Below, in pieces: positions 1 through 11,050 of a stretch of 64,000 nucleotides of DNA. Position numbers and translations under genes: made by a program. Below the pieces are notes generated by a model. That model had not been told where the DNA came from and made no database searches. It was given only the letters and a program-made list of their open reading frames with translations. How positions within the stretch are numbered: position 1 is the first letter of the stretch; every line of letters starts with the position of its first letter. This DNA comes from Balanoglossus misakiensis (lineage: Eukaryota; Animalia; Hemichordata): assembly GCA_040954595.2 (NCBI GenBank), contig CM082579.2:7863625-7927624 (forward strand). The letters are read 5' to 3'.

Positions 1-2274
1 ACAAAGACCATGCCATGGAGTGATGTGTACTCTGGGACGATATAACCGCTAGAAATAATTCATCTCAGTTGTATTTAGATATGGCAAAACCTAACGTACA
101 TGTGTACGTACCAATACTCTATTGCCACGAAGTCTAGCATGTATTATGCCAGAATTTCAAAAGCCTCATGTGGCAGGATTTCAAGCATTCACACCTTCCT
201 GTGCAATTCAATTGTATGCCGAGTTTGTATGAAAAGTGTGATGCAGTCTGCTAAAAAACAGTATTGACACACTGTTTAATAGCATTTTGCTAGGTTTTCC
301 TATATCTGTACTGTAGTTTATGACTCTCTCTGTCACAATGTCCAAGGAATTAACCGCTTTTTTTTGTATCTATTTATTGAACACACACGCGAAAGTAAGA
401 TGCGCACAACCAGCTGTAGCGAACTCTTCAATTTGATGAACTTCAAGGTGGTTTGTTTTAGGAAGAAGAAGAGGCCATTCTGTCTGCCATGATGTACAAA
501 TGCCGTGTTTAAATTTTGTAGCTGCTGTGGCTTCTTGAGCCGAAGCAGTTCTGATATGGCCGCCTTGTATTACAGTCAAAGATTGTGCATTTTAGTATGA
601 GGGCAAAAGTGATTGATCGCACAAAGCATGGGATAACTCCAAATGAAGCCATTACCAAAAAAAGGACATGAATTGAGGATTATACTGACCTCCCTGAAAT
701 AATAGCATTTTTTTTTATTTTCAACTCTGATTTTAGCATTATATGAAAACTCTCATATTTATGAAATATATTAAGATAAGTAATTGTGTCCGGTTTGTTT
801 GTTGATTTTCATTACATGATTGCCAAGCGAGAATGGCAAGATTACACTTGGAAAGCATTATTAAAGTGAATCTTCTGAGGGGTTGCCAAGAGTGAGTGAG
901 GGTCCACTGTACTTCAATGACATTTCTTGTACATATCTAATTTCATAATCAATTTTCTGCAGAATATTTAAACGATTTCTGATATCTTGACACCGATTAA
1001 ACTTGTTACGCATTATGTCGATTCTTATAACGTTAAACTTGATATACATGTAAGAGAAGACCTATTCAAAAACTCGGTGGGAATGCAAGTTTTTCTCCAG
1101 GTTCTAACCATGGTTAAATGAAATGGGCATGTCAACACACCTCAGACACACTCACACACTCAAAACAAAGAGACAGTTTCCATGAACAATATCAGACAAA
1201 TTTATTTTAACATGACAGAAAATGTAACTGCAATAAAAAAACAATGGGAGAGTATATCTATGAAAGCTTAACAATAAAAATGTGTAGGATCTCTCGGCCC
1301 TACACGGACTAAATATTCAAACACTTGAGACACTCGTACTTGTATGTAGTCCACAACCATGAATAAATTTCGATGCTAATAATACAAACTACTTCCCAAA
1401 TGATTACATAACATGGCGTGGTCAAATACATAAAACAAATTACGGTTCTAAATGAAATTGGGAAAAAGGGAGAAAATAGGAAATTCAATGAAAATACATT
1501 TATGCGTTGTCAAAATACACGAAAGTACATTCAATAAAGTTCTAGAAAGTTCGAAAGTCTCGATGAAATAAACGTGACTGCCACGTCCAAGAAACTACAT
1601 ACGCGTGACGTGGCCGCAGTAACCACATCCAAATTTGTAGGTTTCACGTCGGGAATTCTCAATGAATCTGCTTGCTTGAAGTTCCACGAAAGTTGCGTTC
1701 AAAAAAACGGCATGCGAAAATAATTGACAAATCTTGACTCACTCACCTCAGATAGTGACGCCTTTCGGGTGATACCGAAGCTTCTGACGTTGACTCAACG
1801 AAAACGACAAAATTTATTAACCATGTACATGTATTCATGAGTGAGTGCGGCCAAAACACTCACCGCTATATATATAAACCTCATTTGCATAGCAGGTGGC
1901 ATGCTAAAATGTCACCAATAGAAACGCAACAGTCAGCACTTACAAAATGTATATCTGAATACAAAGTGAATATCTACATACTACAGTGCATAATAGAGGA
2001 CCACTAAATGTGCAATTGTGAAATATCGATGCTGCACTTCGGCAGGACACAACGAGTACTACGTTGTCTGGAACACCAGTGTCAATGTTCACGGTGGTGA
2101 AACTTGAGTTGTGACCAATTTCGATACCGACTTCCTCGCCATGGTTGGTTTGGTAACCCAGACTTTTAGACAGAGTTCCAAATACCCTTTTTGATGAGAT
2201 TCCGTCACCTTGACAGAGTGAAGCCTTCTCGGCCCCCCTTAAGGGGGGGGGGGGGGGCGCTTTGGAGGTGAGGC

Positions 2275-3574
2275 TCACTCTTCTGTAAACATCACCGTAC
2301 ATTTACTGTAGATCGGTGACCTGTTGATCATTTTGCAGACATCGTACGCCGTTCTGTCTGTTGGGTTGATCTGATCGCCACCACTGCCGGTGCCTCCATC
2401 AATGATGAACAGCACTGACTCTGCATTCTCCTTGATGTAGCATCCCAGCTCCGCCTTCGAACACTCCAGATCGCTGTACTTAGAAAGCAGCTGATCAAAA
2501 ATCACATCGACCATATCGCTCTGCGTTACACGTCTTGACTCGATGTAAAACACCAATGATAACTTCTCAATTTTATCCATCGCCCAGTCGAACGCTACTT
2601 TTTTGCAAAAGTCGGACCTGTCTTTGGAGCTGGTACCTTCGATCCGCACACGGCTTGCACGTCTTTGTCTTGATTGAAGCCTCTGCAGCAGATCATTGTA
2701 GTGGTTGCGTTGTTGGGTCTGTTTGTTAGCTGTTGTCCATCTTGATTGATTTCGTACCTCGACAGATGTGTAGGTGTTGTCAAAATCAGCCAAAAGATCG
2801 GGATTGGCATTTACCACTGGAATGAATTTTTCACAGTAGGCCTTTTTGAGTTCTTTCACTGTTCACAACCAAAAAAAAAGGACACACTTTAATTTGTTTT
2901 GTTCATACAATTTCTCTTGTTTGAAGACATCAAGTCAAAGTCTTACAACTACAGCTGTAGATATACAAACATTATAGTACATTGTACATGTACTAGTTAA
3001 TATAATTGCTTGTATATAGAAATGAATGATCATCACTACTCAGAAGACATTACACGTTTTGCTGTCAAAAATGACAACCTACTGCAAATGATGTACATGT
3101 ACCAGTAGCTTGCAAGTTGTACACGATGTCGCTGTTCAATTCACTCAAATAGATTTTCAGGTTATCACATTGGGTATTTTTGCACTTTAGATTTAGCAGC
3201 ATTGTACATCTTCATGCTATTAAAAGCCCTTGCTCGCAGCTTCTTCAATACACCACACATGTGATTTGTGAATAACCATTTAGTAAGATTTCCATACTTG
3301 CATGCAACAAACAGTTTCCATCCTCAGGGACACGAATGGTAAGTCTAATCTTATGCTTCTGTGCTAATTCTTGGGCTAGACTGTGACATCCGATCTTTGA
3401 CAGTAATTCTTCAAGCAGGTGTGTGTCAAACTCTGTGATGTGGCCCTGTTCGACCAAAGTACGAAATATTTCAAAGGCATCGGTGCATTTCTCAAGCTGA
3501 CTTTTTTTAACCTTTCCTGTGCACAAAAACTTCATCTTCGTGAGTTTATCTGCAATCAGAGCAAAATCAAACAA
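2275..3574 (-). pseudogene. Degenerate NLR-like locus: death effector domain + OTU-like fragment + truncated NACHT domain
   Basis: 3245-3574 reads LIADKLTKMKFLC...AFEIFRTLVEQGHITEFDTHLLEELLSKIG (DED-like), then RVPEDGNCLLHA (OTU catalytic-Cys-like motif), then a stop/frameshift. 2275-2858 follows a good acceptor (ttttttttggttgtgaacag) and reads RVRIEG...FCKKVAFDWA...LVFYI...IFDQLL...VLFIIDG, the NACHT pattern, but with degenerate Walker A/B. No clear ATG. Confidence 0.65.
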
Positions 3575-5561
3575 AACGGTTTAATAGTGCACATACATGT
3601 AGTCAACAATAACAGAGAAACCGATTGCTGCACAGTCCTTTTCTGTGTCATAGGCGATCGCCGGGTATATACGATCCAATTCCCGTGCGACTGAGCCCTA
3701 CCACTTCCCCGTCTGGTAGGTTGTTGGAAAGTGGGAACGGGGAAGTTGGGTTACGCCTTACGGACTCACAGCACAGAAACCGAGTGCCGCATATGGTCTA
3801 GCTGCAAAAATTGTAGCCTTGGTGGGTTGGGTGATCGCTGTCGGCCGACAGCGATCAACGCAACCCACCAAGGCTACAATTATTGCAGCTACATATGGTT
3901 TACCCACCACTTGGGACATCTTCAGCAATGTCGAAGAGCAAGGAAATGAATGGATTTAGCAATTTGTGGGTGTCCACACTATGGTTGTCAAACGACATGA
4001 TATGATGAAACATATGAAATTTGACGATAAAGAAACGGATACTCTAGCGACGTAGCGTATGTGTTAATGTTACGAGGCAGGGTTCAAAGTTCATGTCTGT
4101 GGACAGGCGCCACCAACGGTGATTTAATCAGCAGTCTGTTCTGGTTCTGACAGACGTGACCCAAATTGGGTAGTGAACGAACCTGGATTTTTCTCTTAAT
4201 AGTTTGGTGACAACATCGTACATTTTCGATTCCGTCTGCATGTGTGAGAAAAAAGTTCAGACTATCGTTGCCCGTACCTTGGACGTATCACAGATGGCCG
4301 GACAGTACAATGGCAAATTACCCATTTGTTGATTACTCTTGTTTTTTAAAGACATGGAACATTCTCCGCCGTGACATTGAACCCACTGGCGCATATCTTG
4401 AAACGGTCACTGCGGTCATCACGAGGGTGTCGTCTGGCGATGGTTTGCAAGCCTGTGATGATAATTGTAGAGCAGGGTTACATTTCATGAAAAAACAAAT
4501 GCTGCAGTTCAGTAGCCCGAGGTTTGCCTTAGAGATACACTCATGCTACTCTGCATAGTTTCAGATGAAATCTTCTGGCGAGACTTTAAAGGGACTGGTC
4601 AGTGTCTTTGGTCTAGGGGACGGTGGATTCACGACGAGGTTAATACCCTGTGTTTTGGAATTGAGTAATGGGGTCACCGGGGGTTACTCACTTTTCCATG
4701 TTCAATAATGAACGACCGTGTGTGGAGGGACTGTGATGAAACATAGATTTTGTGTTAGCTGTGGAAACCGCGGGTGGAAATATATGTATTTTTTTATGTT
4801 TTAGGGGGTATGCTATGATTCCACAGCTTCATTTGTCTACACTTCCATTAACACTTTGGCCCACCCACCCGCCTTTACTGACACCTCCCTAGTTGGCAAT
4901 GGCTGAGTACGGTCAGGTGTCGATGGTGTAGGGTTGAGAGAGAAATGGGGTGGGAAATCTAGCAAAGTCGAGATCGTCTGAAGATTTGTGAGGTTGTGAC
5001 CGATAAAAGTAGCACCATTAACGCATTATTTTTACGAGTAGTGTACGTTCGAGATAGTAACTATGTTATCACTATCTTTTAAGGACGTTAATAGGGCTGA
5101 TGGGCTGTGGTACCGAACAATGGATGTTATAGCTTTCACCATGACAGCTGGTGTCGGGAGAAAGAGCGTCGTAGTAGTAGAGTTGTTGTTGTTGTTTTTA
5201 ATTTGTGGGGATACGTAAAACCATCACAAATTGACTAGTCATGAATCCCAAGACGACAGTCTACACTAAGCAGTCGTTTGAAATCTAACCCCCTACTCCG
5301 ATATGACGAGATGGGCCTCGTAAATTTAATCTCGACCGCATTTGAAGAGCAAAAGATAAAGTGCATTAATAGCATTGTGCTCGGAAAACACTTCTTGCTC
5401 CTTATCTGTTGAGTCGAATTCTGATTAAATCCAGGGGTGCGCAGTATTTCATGAAGTTGAACGTATAAAAAGCGATAGCACGAGTCGTTCCTTTAATACT
5501 TTGCGAAAACTTTCCAAAGAGACAGTTTCGCTGTTGCTCTGACGTCCGTACACCACTGTAG

Positions 5562-6338
5562 GCCTACTCCTCGCCCGCCTGCAAACTTGCTTACATAAAC
5601 GTACTCCTGCTCGTCGGTTTGTGCGGATTTTCCTGCCGCGGTCAGCGCACCGATGGTTCGCAACGAACGGACGTGGAACATGATGAGGCGGGCGAGCAAC
5701 AACCACCGACGTGTACAGTGAACTGCCAGCTTCCCTCTACCAGAGGAAATTTAAGCATACCGTTATATGGTGGACCTGCAGGACCCAAGGGACAGAAGGG
5801 AGAAACAGGTGGCCCCGGTGGAGCTGGTTTGCCCGGATTGTCCGGACGGAATGGTACTCCAGGACTGCCGGGATTGAGAGGTGCGAAAGGCAACGCCGGA
5901 CGGAAAGGCGAACCAGGCAGCGATGCCGTCCCGACCAAAGTGGCGTTCTCGGTCGCTCGTTCAAGCTTCTTCGGCCCGTTTTCAAGCTACCGCACGGTCC
6001 CGTTTCAACATTCTCTGACCAACATCGGCGGTCGCTTCAATCTGGCCAGCGGTGTCTTCACCTCTCCTGTCAGTGGTCACTACTACATCAACATCAACAT
6101 CCACAAACGCAGGAACAGCGGCAATGGACCGTTCGTTCTGCTGATGAAGAACGACCAAACCGTACTCAGAGTTGACGAGTGCTGTGACGAAGATCCTTAT
6201 GACACGGCGACCAATTCCGCCATCATTCACATGGTCATCGGGGATACGCTGTCGTTAACCTTGGTGGATGGTCGGACCTTCAGTGCCTCAGATGGGAAAG
6301 AAGCCACGTTCAACGGATTTCTGTTGTATAAGGACTGA
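5562..6338 (+). CDS. C1q-domain-containing protein with short collagen region (C1q/CTRP-like); start codon unresolved
   Basis: Hydrophobic signal-like INVLLLVGLCGFSCRG, then CTVNC, 17 Gly-X-Y triplets (GPAGPKGQKGET...GEPGSD) and a gC1q domain (VAFSV...NIGGRFNLASGVFTSPVSGHYY...GDTL...TFNGFLLY*). The frame is open from 5562, but there is no in-frame ATG before the signal peptide. Confidence 0.88.
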   Translation, partial: AYSSPACKLAYINVLLLVGLCGFSCRGQRTDGSQRTDVEHDEAGEQQPPTCTVNCQLPSTRGNLSIPLYGGPAGPKGQKGETGGPGGAGLPGLSGRNGTPGLPGLRGAKGNAGRKGEPGSDAVPTKVAFSVARSSFFGPFSSYRTVPFQHSLTNIGGRFNLASGVFTSPVSGHYYININIHKRRNSGNGPFVLLMKNDQTVLRVDECCDEDPYDTATNSAIIHMVIGDTLSLTLVDGRTFSASDGKEATFNGFLLYKD

Positions 6339-6779
6339 GACACTGCGTGCGTGACAAAACTTCAAGCGCCGCTGTTGCCATACCTGTTGTGTTTATAGCT
6401 GGATTTTTTCACATTTCATGACGTTTGTTTCAAAAGTAGTTTGTGCCTTAATATATAGAATTGTATTTTATTCTGCCGTGCTTATTTACACACAGCTGTA
6501 CAAGAAATTTCCCGGGTTCTAGTGCGTTCACCAACAAAACGTGACTTGGAAATATCCAGGCTTAACTTTACAAATCCGTGGTGATTTTGCAAGATGTGGT
6601 TAAAATACCGGGCAGAAATGTTAAAAGTTTACAAAGATGCGTAAATATACATGACACATAGCAACTCTTTATGGCGTGAATGAAACGAGATTAAAATGTG
6701 ATCTAATATTTTGGTTGGGAAAACGTGAGAATAGATACAGTTAACGTGGCACTTTGTCTCAGAGGGAACGAAAAAAACG

Positions 6780-6784
<5 letters not shown>

Positions 6785-6828
<44 letters not shown>
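6785..6828. repeat. (CT)n microsatellite
   Basis: Uninterrupted tctctc run followed by a C-run. Confidence 0.95.
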
Positions 6829-6830
<2 letters not shown>

Positions 6831-7904
6831 CCCCCCCTTGGCCAGAAAGGCTAAAGCAAAAGGAAACGTGTCTACTGAGGAGAGCGGAGCGATCAATAGA
6901 AACAGAGTACCATGTTTAGCAAAGTTTTGAGATGGTTTTCGTCCCCCCCATATGCAAACTTTATTCGCCACACTAGCATCGACGGCTCTCTTTCATGTCG
7001 GTATTCCTACACCCTATCTATTTTTGCATAAAAAATCGATGTCGGAGGGGCCTATGCTTCCGAGATGGACACGGGTTTAATATGAAAGATATCAACGTGG
7101 CCGATGAAGTGGTACCAGGATATACTACGTCACACCAGTTAGCGTTTCAAACGAGGACATCAATTTTGTGTTGACTCAGTTGATTCATTTTGCTTAATAC
7201 TGACTCACGCGTAAACATTTATCAGTCGCCATGCGTTCATTCCGGGTAACATGCTGTCTCCAATTAAAGTTTCAAACTGCGTTCACAAACGGTTCGTGAA
7301 ATACAACAAAGCGTGAAATTAAACCCTGAAAAATACACAGAAAAACACCGTACTCAAACTTACAGCGATGTTAGTGACAGAAGCATTATTTGTTTGATGC
7401 CGCCGTATATTCTTTTCGCCTGTCGAAAAAGAGCTAGGTTTAATATTAAAGTTTAAAAAAGTGATATCAGTCATTATCGGGACCATATGGCACTTCTTGG
7501 CCGTCGTTTCGAAAATGATCCTGACAGAGATTTAAATCAAGTATTTACCAGTATCCTGTTGAAACTTAGACTATGAGACTAACAGATCACCAATCTGATT
7601 GAAATCAGATGTAGAGTACGGCCAGACTAATCAGATTGCGCACTACGTCGATTTACACAGTATATGCCTAGCGTTTTCTGGAAGGCGCTTTCTGATTGGG
7701 GGTGGTCCCGGTGATATCGGCGAAACATGACAGACACAGAACGGCACCAGGATAATCGAGTCACAGTTAGAGCCCAACTATAATTATGCTTAATTGACTT
7801 CCAGCAAATTAAATGTATTTGTACGGCCCGTAATTAATCTTAGCGCCTACACAAACGGCAAACAAAGATGACATGATACACACGCAGTGTGATCTATCTA
7901 TTCT

Positions 7905-7912
7905 TTATATAA
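7905..7912 (+). promoter_or_regulatory. Candidate TATA box of second C1q gene
   Basis: tatataaa about 75 nt upstream of the ATG at 7982; motif match only. Confidence 0.35.
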
Positions 7913-7981
7913 AGATATTTCACAGTCACATCGGCAATATTGCTCCGGCATACATACACCATTCCACTGCTACCCGCAAAC

Positions 7982-8536
7982 ATGAAGTCTACCAGAGCTC
8001 CTGTGTACGTACTCCTTCTTCTCGGTTCCCTCGGCTTTCCTTGTCGGGGCCAGATGACGACCGTCGGCTCTTACCAAGAATCTGACGATCATTCTACCGA
8101 AGTGGCGTTCTCGGTCGCCCGTTCAACCTCCTTCGGTTCGTTTTCAGACGACCGCACGGTCCTGTTTGAACATTCTTTCACCAACATCGACCGTCACTTC
8201 GATCTGGCCAGCGGTGTTTTCACCTGTCCGGTCAGTGGCTACTACTACATCAACATCAACGCCCACAAACGAAAAAGCAGCGGTGATGGACCTGTCGTTA
8301 CGTTGAAGAAAAATGGATCCTCTGTCGTGGCAGTTGACGAGTGCTGTGGTGATGAGAAGTACGACACGGCGTCCAACTCCGTCATCATTCACTTGAAGAG
8401 TGGCGACACCCTGTGGTTAAAGAGGAACGACACCCACAATTTTGGGCTTCAAAGTACAAACCGGGTGTCAAAAACGGCAACGTTCCGATGGGTTAATTCA
8501 CTTTCACTTCCTGCGCAAGCAGAAGACGCGAGTTGA
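7982..8536 (+). CDS. Secreted globular C1q-domain protein without collagen (sghC1q-type), intronless, 184 aa
   Basis: caaacATG start, signal peptide MKSTRAPVYVLLLLGSLGFPCRG, and a gC1q domain (VAFSVARS...FDLASGVFTCPVSGYYY...GDTLWL). It is a clear paralog of the 5562-6338 gene at DNA level. AATAAA at 8593-8598. Confidence 0.85.
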   Translation: MKSTRAPVYVLLLLGSLGFPCRGQMTTVGSYQESDDHSTEVAFSVARSTSFGSFSDDRTVLFEHSFTNIDRHFDLASGVFTCPVSGYYYININAHKRKSSGDGPVVTLKKNGSSVVAVDECCGDEKYDTASNSVIIHLKSGDTLWLKRNDTHNFGLQSTNRVSKTATFRWVNSLSLPAQAEDAS

Positions 8537-11050
8537 AAATACTACAGTGACGTCAGCAACTTCCGTTGCAGTCGACGCGCAGCGCTCTATCCAATAAACA
8601 GACACATTTTGCGCGGATCTGACATAGCGAAATGTCAAGTTCATGATTTTAAAAACATATTCGGAAAATCGACGGGGATAAGTTTCTTTCAAAGGCAATG
8701 CTCTACGTGTATTGTATTTGTCGATGCGTGCAGACATAGACCCTGCAATGTCCACGATGCCATGCATGTCGACGTACGTTTATGAACAAACCGTAAGGCC
8801 TATACAAAGTTGTTCTAACTGCCGCTGATAATAATAAACGTACCGTTTTAAATCTTTCCTGCACGTTTTTTGGTACACGTATTTGGGTTTAATTTCCATT
8901 TATTGACGATCGCATAGTAATCAAATGAAAGCAACTAAAAAGGGCAGTTTTAATACATTTCAAGAGACGAAACATGCATAGAATAACATGGTATTGGCTT
9001 CCATTATACTACGGACGTACTACACCTGGACAGCAGGACGATGCACCTGCGTTCTTTTCAACTCCATAAAAGGTGACAAAGTATTTTTGTAAGAAAAGTG
9101 GTTCGAAAAGGTGACAACGAGTGAGAGACAACAAGGGAGGGTCTATGGTTTCACTGAAACCACACCAAGTGTAAGCCTTGACAAACGGGACACATCGGAG
9201 ATGATCAGAACTGCATGAACTTTTGTCCTCTGTAAAATTCAGTCTCTTGGTCGTAGAAGGGAATCTCTGGTTCAAAATTGTAGCCTACTACCCGAGAATA
9301 TGTTGCTATGCTAACGTCGTCGGTCGCGTGAGTGCAGGCGTGTATAAGCATAAGCTCGCTCCAACGCGTCGGCAGCGGACAACGGTACGAGTTGCTGACG
9401 TCACTCACTTCCGGGTTCGCGCAGTTTTTGGCTGGCTGTAGCTCTGTTATGCGTAAGTGAAAGTGAATGAAACCAACGTTTTTCATAGTACTTTTTAATC
9501 GCATTTCGCAGAATTGGCTCAAAAACGGATCACAACGTTCCACTTTAACCCTTCTTTCCGGCAGAACCTACAGCGCCTCAAGCGGCAAACAAGGCACATT
9601 CAATGGATTCCTGCTGTACAAGGACTAAGAAAAGTGACGTTACTAACACAATTGTCAGTATACAATAATGTCAAGTAATTCTTCGCATGTTTTCTTTTCT
9701 TCTCTGTTCTTGTATGACTTTCATTATTTGGATGGTTTTGACTTTGATCTTGAACAAGCGGCTTGTGTTGTCTTCGATTTAAAAATCTCAATTACATGTA
9801 TATCATAGTAGGGTTTAGCCAGCAATAAAAAAGGACGACAAATGTTATAATCGTCAACAAGTTCTCTTTGTAGTTTTTCTTTATATATTTCTAAGAACTG
9901 CAGATATGAATGTTTCCTTTTAATCCAGTCTTTTCCTTTATCCTGGTGGTTCGATGGTATCCGGTGGGATTGGAGTAGTGCTTTTCTGTAGGGGAGAACC
10001 ATTTGATTTCTGGAGGGGCTGGAGGATTTGGATATGCCTTTTTTCTCAAAAAGTTGTCTTGCCAGTCCAAGTCTCTCCCTCCCTCCCTCTCTCTCCCTCA
10101 CCCCCTCCCTCTCTCTCCCTCTCACTCCCCCATTTGTGATATAAGGGAATGTATGTCCCTTGCCCGCAAGGGTTTATAACTACAAAGCAGCCTGCTGCGC
10201 AACAGACAAGCAGATGAAGGATTACTTTATTCTGGCCATCTGTTTATTTAGAACACTGAAATTTCTGGATTAAATATCATTCAAAGCTACTGCGTGTGAC
10301 AGAATACAGTACTGTGATCTGCATAAGTATAAAACATTTATGATTCAGAAATGTATATGCATAGTTGCGATTTAATTGCATACTAGTATACAAATTAGAC
10401 ACAATTAAGATTTTCCAACAATTTTAAAAGAAACAATTGGTTTTTTTTACACTGGTGGTACTGTACATAGTGAAAAGGGAACTGACACAATTTAAGTATG
10501 GTTTACATCTGAATATCAATATGACAGATCATCATAAAATATGTCTGTATGATATGATATGATCTTGAAAATGAAAACTTATTCTTCTATACCAACAACC
10601 AGACCAATTTGTGCTGCTTTAAATAGGCTTTTAGTTCGTGCTAGGGGGTCAAATCACAAATGCAATGAAAATTGTGTTATGGGTAAAAAGATTGACAACT
10701 CACAGTAGTAAGAGCTTGAAGAGATACACCTGTATTTCATGGCTTCTTTCTGTTTAAAGTTTCTTTGTAAACAGATTATACAACACATTTGGGACATTTT
10801 GTCATTTTTTTTCTGCCGCAAAATTTCAGTATGTCTGACACGAATTTAGTTTACGAACTTCATTTTCTTAAACGAGGCAGAAATCCGCCATCTTTAAATT
10901 TTGTCGGCCAGTAAAAACCTATTGAACCCAGTATTGAACCCATTCACACCAATTGTCCTATATAGAGTTCCATAGTGGCTATCGACATGGACTTAGATCA
11001 AATCATGGTGGTGAAAGGCATTTACTTTCACAGTTTGGATCTCTGTAGTT

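Noticed and set aside
2231-2258. CCCCCCTTAAGGGGGG palindrome as a piggyBac footprint
   Set aside because: Homopolymer-driven symmetry; no element ends or second TTAA.
9724-10125. 133-aa minus-strand ORF
   Set aside because: It begins in a purine-rich simple repeat and has no recognisable motif or splice context.
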